Below, piece after piece: positions 58,664-64,000 of a DNA stretch of 64,000 nt. The notes beneath the pieces were generated by a model, which was given only the letters and a program-made list of their open reading frames with translations, made no database searches and was not told the origin of the DNA. The stretch's first letter is position 1. The number at the start of each line of letters is the position of its first letter. Origin of the DNA: Treponemataceae bacterium (GTDB taxonomy: Bacteria; Spirochaetota; Spirochaetia; Treponematales; Rectinemataceae); contig CAXXVZ010000005.1 in NCBI GenBank assembly GCA_963678065.2, forward strand, positions 320,001 through 384,000. Reading direction: 5' to 3'. The position numbers and the translations under genes are program-made.

Positions 58664-60135
58664 GCATAATCGCCGTCGACCTTGGAACGACGAATATCAA
58701 GGTTTGCCTGTTCGATGACAGTCTGAGGGTTCGTTCCATGGAGAACGAAGCGGTCGTCTATATCCGCAGCAGGAACTTCGTCGAATTCGACGCGGAGTCT
58801 TACTGCGGCAAAGTACTTCGGTGCATCCGTTCGTGCGTCAAAAATGCGGACGGAAAATCCGGAATGATTCATCAGATCGTTTTTACGGGTCAGGCCGAAT
58901 CCCTTGTCGTTCTCGGGCCGGATACGGCTCCCTTGCGCAATGGCATATCATGGATCGATACGCGATCGGAAGCGGAGTGCATAGTTCTTTCCGCGGAATT
59001 TCCGGAGGACATGGCATATCCGGTCACCGGCCAGCCATCCATTATTCCAACGTGGCCGATAACCAAGGTACTCTGGTTGCGAAACAGGGAGCCCGAAACT
59101 TTCAGAAAAGCATGGAAATACCTGCTTCTGAAAGATTACATACTTTTCCGGTTGACAGGCAGGCTCTGCGGAGAGTTCTCGATCTATAATTTCTCGCACT
59201 ATTTCAATATCCATACGAAGCGCTACTGGCGGGAAATCCTGGATTTTTGCGAGATGCGAATCGATCAGCTTCCCGAACTCATCGAACCGCAGACGGTCAT
59301 AGGACAGCTTACCGGGGATGCCGCCGATTCTCTGGAATTGAGCATAGACACGAAAATCAACGCAGGGACGCTGGATCACTTCGCGGGGATGATAGGAACC
59401 GGGAACATTCAGGAAGGAATAATAAGCGAATCCACAGGCACAGTGCTGTCGATAGCGACGATGGTGCACCGTGGCGAATTTACGGATGCGCATATTCCCC
59501 TGCACTATGGACCGTTTCAGGACAGCTATGTCTATCTTCCAGTCTGTGAAAGCGGCGGGATCAGCCTGGAATGGTTCAAAAAAGAATTCCTGCGGGAGAT
59601 GAGCTATGAACAGCTCAATGCAGAGCTGTCAATGAAGAAGCTTCCAGGCGATTTGTTTTTCCTTCCCTATCTTACGGGCGTCAATGCCCCCGATTACAAC
59701 ATGAATGCCCGGGGTGTGTTTTTTGGTTTGCAGATCCATCACGACAGGACGGATTTGGCCCAGGCGGTCATGGAAGGAGTTGCTCATCTCCTGAGAAAGA
59801 ACATTTCGCTTTTCGAACAGGCCGGAGTAAAGGCGACAAACATGATTTCCACCGGCGGCGGAGCGAGATCCGATTATTGGTCGCAAATCAAGGCAGATAT
59901 AACCGGCTATTCCGTTTCGATTCCGGAAAATGAAGAAGCGGCGACTCTGGGAGCAGCTATCATCGGCGCCATCTCGGAAGGTTTTTTCCCCTCTTTCCAG
60001 GACGCGATCAGCAGTGTCGTTTCCATGAAGCGGACTTTTTTACCCCGGGATCCCAATCCGTATGAGGGGAAACATAAAATTTTCGACCTTCTGTATTCTC
60101 AGTTGGGACCGGTGTTCGAAATTGCAGATAAATGA
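58660..60135 (+). CDS. FGGY carbohydrate kinase
   Basis: AVDLGTT, SWIDTR, TGGGARS; ATGA overlap with the LacI gene. Confidence 0.92.
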   Translation: MSIIAVDLGTTNIKVCLFDDSLRVRSMENEAVVYIRSRNFVEFDAESYCGKVLRCIRSCVKNADGKSGMIHQIVFTGQAESLVVLGPDTAPLRNGISWIDTRSEAECIVLSAEFPEDMAYPVTGQPSIIPTWPITKVLWLRNREPETFRKAWKYLLLKDYILFRLTGRLCGEFSIYNFSHYFNIHTKRYWREILDFCEMRIDQLPELIEPQTVIGQLTGDAADSLELSIDTKINAGTLDHFAGMIGTGNIQEGIISESTGTVLSIATMVHRGEFTDAHIPLHYGPFQDSYVYLPVCESGGISLEWFKKEFLREMSYEQLNAELSMKKLPGDLFFLPYLTGVNAPDYNMNARGVFFGLQIHHDRTDLAQAVMEGVAHLLRKNISLFEQAGVKATNMISTGGGARSDYWSQIKADITGYSVSIPENEEAATLGAAIIGAISEGFFPSFQDAISSVVSMKRTFLPRDPNPYEGKHKIFDLLYSQLGPVFEIADK

Positions 60136-60147
60136 CTGAATCCCGGT

Positions 60148-60186
60148 GGAGGAAGCGGAAGTGCTTCCTCCGCTCCGCGTTTTTAT
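60148..60186 (+). terminator. Probable terminator hairpin
   Basis: GGAGGAAGC-ggaagt-GCTTCCTCC followed shortly by TTTTT. Confidence 0.55.
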
Positions 60187-60273
60187 GTACCCCGCACTCC
60201 CGCACCGACAACCTTCCAGGTCTCCAGACTCTCGACCTCCCGGACTCTCGCAATAAAAACAGAATTATCTCTA

Positions 60274-60302
60274 TTGACAAGTAAAACGAAACAATACACA
60301 AT
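60274..60302 (+). promoter_or_regulatory. Sigma70-type promoter
   Basis: TTGACA-N17-CACAAT upstream of the aminotransferase. Confidence 0.6.
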
Positions 60303-60352
60303 CAATTAGAAACTCAAAAGAAAGAACAGCTTATACTCTTCAGGAGGCAGAC

Positions 60353-61705
60353 ATGTACGATCGAAAGTGGGCAAGTGTCGACATCCGGACCGTCCCATCC
60401 GTGAAAACCGAGCTCCCCGGTCCCAAATCCAGACAGATGCACGCGCGGGCGGCAAAGTATATGAAGGGCTACTCCAGCCAGGTGACGCTCTTCCCCGTCG
60501 CCTTCGAATCGGGGAAGGGCTGCGTCCTGACCGATGTGGACGGCAACGACTTCATCGATTTCTCATCCGGGATCTACGTCACAGGCCTCGGACACTGCCA
60601 TCCCAAGATCAGCGAGGCGGTGAGCGTCTACGCGAACAAGCTGATGAACTGCCACGACTTCACGACCGAAATCAAGATGAGGCTTCTCGAGAAGCTCGCC
60701 TCGGTGACTATGGGCGATCTGAAGGGTTTCCAGCTCTACGATTCGGGGACCACAGCGGTCGAGGCGGGACTCCGCTGCGCCCGGGCGGCCACGGGCAAGT
60801 TCGAGTTCCTCTCGTTCTGGCGGGACTTCCACGGGAAGACGATGGGAGCGGTGAGCTGCGCCATCGTCGACAAGACGCAGGGCATGAGGGCGCCCGGATT
60901 CTTCCTGGCCCCGAGGCCGAACTGCTACCGCTGCCCCTTCAAGACCACGTACCCGGCCTGCAAGCTGCAGTGCGCCGACTTCGTCGAGGATGTCATCAAG
61001 AACGAGACATCGGGTCAGATGGCAGCCATCGTGCTCGAGCCTGTGCAGGGCTGGGGCGGGTCGGTGGTTCCGCCTGACGGGTTCATCCAGCGCATGCGGA
61101 CGATCTGCGACAAGCACAACATGATCCTGATGGCCGACGAGGTACTGAGCGGGATGGGGCGGACGGGGAAGATGTTCGCGATGGAGCACTGGAACACGAC
61201 GCCGGACATCACCACGATCGGCAAGGGATTCGGGAACGGGTTTCCCGTGACGGCGATGTGCGTGAGCGACAAGTACAAGGATGCGATCGAGAAGATAAGC
61301 GCCTCGTCGAGCTACGGAGGAAACCCCATGGCCTGCGCCGCCGCCCTGGCGTCGATAGAAGTGATCGAGGAGGAGCAGCTGTGCGAGCGCTCGGCGCACC
61401 TGGGCGAGCTGTTCCTTGGGCGGATGACGGAGATGAAGGGTCGGCACCCGATCATCGGGGATGTGAGGGGGAAGGGCTGTCTTCTCGCGATGGAGCTGGT
61501 GAAGGACAGGTCGACGAAGGAGCCCTTCGACGAGGCAGGGAAGCTCGTGTACCAGAAAGCCTTCGCCAAAGGACTGGCCTGGGTCCCCTCCGGCCACATC
61601 CTCAGGCTCTCTCCCCCTCTCATCATGGAAGACGACATGGCTCTCAAGGGGCTCGATATCATCGAAGAAGCGGTCGCGGAAGTCGAGAAACATTTCGGAT
61701 ACTGA
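60353..61705 (+). CDS. Class III PLP-dependent aminotransferase (GabT-like fold)
   Basis: DVDGN, FHGKT, EPVQGWGG, DEVLSGMGRTG, IGKGFGNG. Confidence 0.93.
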   Translation: MYDRKWASVDIRTVPSVKTELPGPKSRQMHARAAKYMKGYSSQVTLFPVAFESGKGCVLTDVDGNDFIDFSSGIYVTGLGHCHPKISEAVSVYANKLMNCHDFTTEIKMRLLEKLASVTMGDLKGFQLYDSGTTAVEAGLRCARAATGKFEFLSFWRDFHGKTMGAVSCAIVDKTQGMRAPGFFLAPRPNCYRCPFKTTYPACKLQCADFVEDVIKNETSGQMAAIVLEPVQGWGGSVVPPDGFIQRMRTICDKHNMILMADEVLSGMGRTGKMFAMEHWNTTPDITTIGKGFGNGFPVTAMCVSDKYKDAIEKISASSSYGGNPMACAAALASIEVIEEEQLCERSAHLGELFLGRMTEMKGRHPIIGDVRGKGCLLAMELVKDRSTKEPFDEAGKLVYQKAFAKGLAWVPSGHILRLSPPLIMEDDMALKGLDIIEEAVAEVEKHFGY

Positions 61706-61728
61706 CTCCCGGCCTGAAAGGAAGTGCC

Positions 61729-62877
61729 ATGAAAAAGGAAATACGGTTCGGACTGATCGGCTGCGGACTGATGGGGAAGGAATTCGCGAGCGCAGTCGGG
61801 CGGTGGTTCCATCTCGCCGAGGATCTCCCGAGGCCGGTCATCACCGCGGTCTGCGACATGAATCTCGCCTCGACACAGTGGTTCGCCGCGAATTTTCCCT
61901 CAGTGAAACTCGCCACGACCGACTACAGGGAATTGCTGGCCTCGGGCCTGGTCGACGCGGTCTACTGCGCGATCCCGCACAATCTGCACGCGGACGTGTA
62001 TGTCGACATCATAGAGGCGGGCGTGCATCTTCTGGGGGAGAAACCCTTCGGAATGGACCAGGCTGCCAACCGAAGGATTCTGGAGGCGATGGAGCATCGC
62101 CCGGAGGTCTTCGTGCGCTCCTCTTCCGAGTTTCCCTTTACGCCCGCGGTGCAGCGGATCTGCGACATGATCGAGAAAAAAGAGTTCGGCTCGATAATCC
62201 AGGTCGAGGCGGGATTCATCCACTGCAGCGATCTCGATCCCGGAAAGCCGATAAACTGGAAACGCAGGGTCGCGACCAACGGCGAATACGGATGCATGGG
62301 CGACCTCGGGCTTCACGTCTGTCACGTCCCCTTCCGTGCCGGCTGGATACCCCGAAACGTCCGCGCCATCCTCTCCAAAATCGTCACCGAACGCCCTGAC
62401 GGCAAAGGCGGCATGGCCGCCTGCGAGACCTGGGACAACGCGACGATGTTCTGCGAAGCCGAAGATGCGGCCTCAGGATCCGTTTTCCCCATGACACTGA
62501 AAACACAGCGGATCGCCCCCGGAGAGACCAACACCTGGTCGATTTCCATCCTTGGCACAAAGGCCAGCGCCCGGTTCAGCACCAAGAACATCAATATCCT
62601 GGAGGTCCTGTATTATACTCCGGGAGGCGAACAGAATTGGCAGACGGTCGATATCGGACACCAGACCACGTTCAAATCCATCACCGGAGGTATCTTCGAA
62701 TTCGGATTCTCCGATTCGATCCTCCAGATGTGGGCGGCCTTCCTGTATGAACTCGCCGAAGGAAAACCCAAGAAACGATTTGCCGGCTGCGTAACCCCCG
62801 CCGAAACGGCATTGAGCCACCGCCTGTTCACGGCCGCGCTTTTATCCCAGAAAAACGCGTCTGTCGTTCCGGTTTGA
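61729..62877 (+). CDS. Gfo/Idh/MocA family oxidoreductase
   Basis: GLIGCGLMG, GEKPFG, GDLGLH. Confidence 0.9.
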   Translation: MKKEIRFGLIGCGLMGKEFASAVGRWFHLAEDLPRPVITAVCDMNLASTQWFAANFPSVKLATTDYRELLASGLVDAVYCAIPHNLHADVYVDIIEAGVHLLGEKPFGMDQAANRRILEAMEHRPEVFVRSSSEFPFTPAVQRICDMIEKKEFGSIIQVEAGFIHCSDLDPGKPINWKRRVATNGEYGCMGDLGLHVCHVPFRAGWIPRNVRAILSKIVTERPDGKGGMAACETWDNATMFCEAEDAASGSVFPMTLKTQRIAPGETNTWSISILGTKASARFSTKNINILEVLYYTPGGEQNWQTVDIGHQTTFKSITGGIFEFGFSDSILQMWAAFLYELAEGKPKKRFAGCVTPAETALSHRLFTAALLSQKNASVVPV

Positions 62878-62895
62878 GAAGCGGGCCGGAGCGAT

Positions 62896-64000
62896 ATGAC
62901 CACGAAGAAACTTGTACAGTTCGGAGCCGGCAATATAGGGCGCTCATTCATCGGGCAACTGTTTTCGCGCGCCGGATACGAAGTCGTCTTTGTCGATGTC
63001 AACGATGAGCTGGTCTCGCTCATCAACGAAAGGCGCCGATACAGGGTCTTGATCAAGCGCAACGACAGGGACGACGAGACCGTATGGGTCGAGAATGTCC
63101 GCGCCATCAACGGCAATGACCGGGTGGCGGTTGCGGGTGAGATCGCCGATGCCTCGTTCCTGGCGACCTCGGTGGGAAAGGGAGCTCTGCGCCACGTATT
63201 CCCCGTAATCGCGCAGGGGCTCGCCGCCCGCAGGGAAACAAATCCCGGCCTTCCTCTCGACATAATAATCGCCGAAAATATCCGCGATGGCGCGGCATGG
63301 TTTGCAGAGGAACTCAGGGCTCTGCTCCCCGAAGGATTCCTGGACGGAAGGAAAGACGCCGCAGTCGCGCCGCTCGGCCTTGTGGAAACCAGCATCGGCA
63401 AGATGGTTCCGATCATGCGAAGCGAAGACCTCGCGGCGGACCCGCTCCAGGTATTTGCGGAAGAGTACAACGAGCTCATCGTCGACAAAAACGGGTTCAG
63501 AGGGACGATTCCGGATTTTGTGGGAATGAAGCCGGTATCGGAGATACGCGCCTATGTCGACAGGAAACTTTTTGTCCACAATCTCGGGCACGCCGCGGCC
63601 GCGTATCTGGGATTCCGGAATCGGAAAGAGGCCCGGTTCATTTGGGAAGTCCTGGAAGACCGCGGCGTTTTCGATGAGGTTCAGGAAGCCATGAGGGAAT
63701 CGGCGGGGGCGCTGGTTCTCGAGTATCCTTCCGTATTCAGCGCGGGCGAGCTCGAAGGCCACATTCAGGATCTTTTGTTCCGCTTCCGGAATCGGGCACT
63801 CGGAGACACGGTCTTCCGCGTCGGCCGCGACCTTTACCGCAAGCTCGACCGCGAGGACAGGCTGATCGGCGCGATTATTCTGGCACAGGAACACGGTCTC
63901 GCGTGGCCGGCGATCGCACGGGCGGTCCGGGCAGCCTGCTCGTTTGATGCGCGGGATGAAAACGGCCTTCCCTTCAGGCAGGATTCCGTCTTCATGCAGA
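62896..64000 (+). CDS. mtlD: Mannitol-1-phosphate 5-dehydrogenase-like protein (runs off window)
   Basis: Hand translation MTTKKLVQFGAGNIGRSFIG...RKLFVHNLGHA...RVGRDLYRKL. Not in the ORF track because it lacks a stop in the window. Confidence 0.85.
   Translation, partial: MTTKKLVQFGAGNIGRSFIGQLFSRAGYEVVFVDVNDELVSLINERRRYRVLIKRNDRDDETVWVENVRAINGNDRVAVAGEIADASFLATSVGKGALRHVFPVIAQGLAARRETNPGLPLDIIIAENIRDGAAWFAEELRALLPEGFLDGRKDAAVAPLGLVETSIGKMVPIMRSEDLAADPLQVFAEEYNELIVDKNGFRGTIPDFVGMKPVSEIRAYVDRKLFVHNLGHAAAAYLGFRNRKEARFIWEVLEDRGVFDEVQEAMRESAGALVLEYPSVFSAGELEGHIQDLLFRFRNRALGDTVFRVGRDLYRKLDREDRLIGAIILAQEHGLAWPAIARAVRAACSFDARDENGLPFRQDSVFMQ

Noticed and set aside
62944..63894. 316-aa minus-strand ORF
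   Set aside because: Antisense to the mtlD-like gene read on the plus strand.
1..64000. CRISPR arrays, tRNA/rRNA, IS elements
   Set aside because: No regularly spaced repeats, RNA gene signatures or transposase/integrase motifs seen.

Overview
Gene-dense, GC-rich bacterial window; gene style suggests a free-living anaerobic spirochaete (inference only). Left part (1-18.4 kb): a minus-strand operon (CUT1-type solute-binding protein with an extra N-terminal domain, a secreted protein with three sulfite-oxidase/molybdopterin-binding-like repeats plus CxxCH, and a sugar-type ABC permease). Its leader folds into a P3-less Moco/Wco-type riboswitch whose P1 stem sequesters the Shine-Dalgarno. This is the best candidate for an undescribed system: a possible molybdenum/tungsten-cofactor salvage importer. 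Next come two c-di-GMP phosphodiesterases, an AmmeMemoRadiSam (amrBAS) operon, a polar amino-acid ABC transporter, an M16C peptidase and an ABC ATPase/membrane pair. A patch of collapsed pseudogenes lies at 18.4-19.2 kb. From 19.3 kb to the end is a mosaic catabolic region: three LacI-associated ABC uptake loci with visible promoters/operators, a GH2 hexuronidase, a prenyltransferase-fold protein, a recurring URO-D-like + ceramidase-like + FucI-like + FGGY kinase module, an AtuA/DUF4387/two-subunit hydro-lyase set, and an aminotransferase-Gfo/Idh/MocA-mtlD operon. I saw no rRNA, tRNA, CRISPR array or transposase. All calls come from reading motifs by eye; no searches were run.
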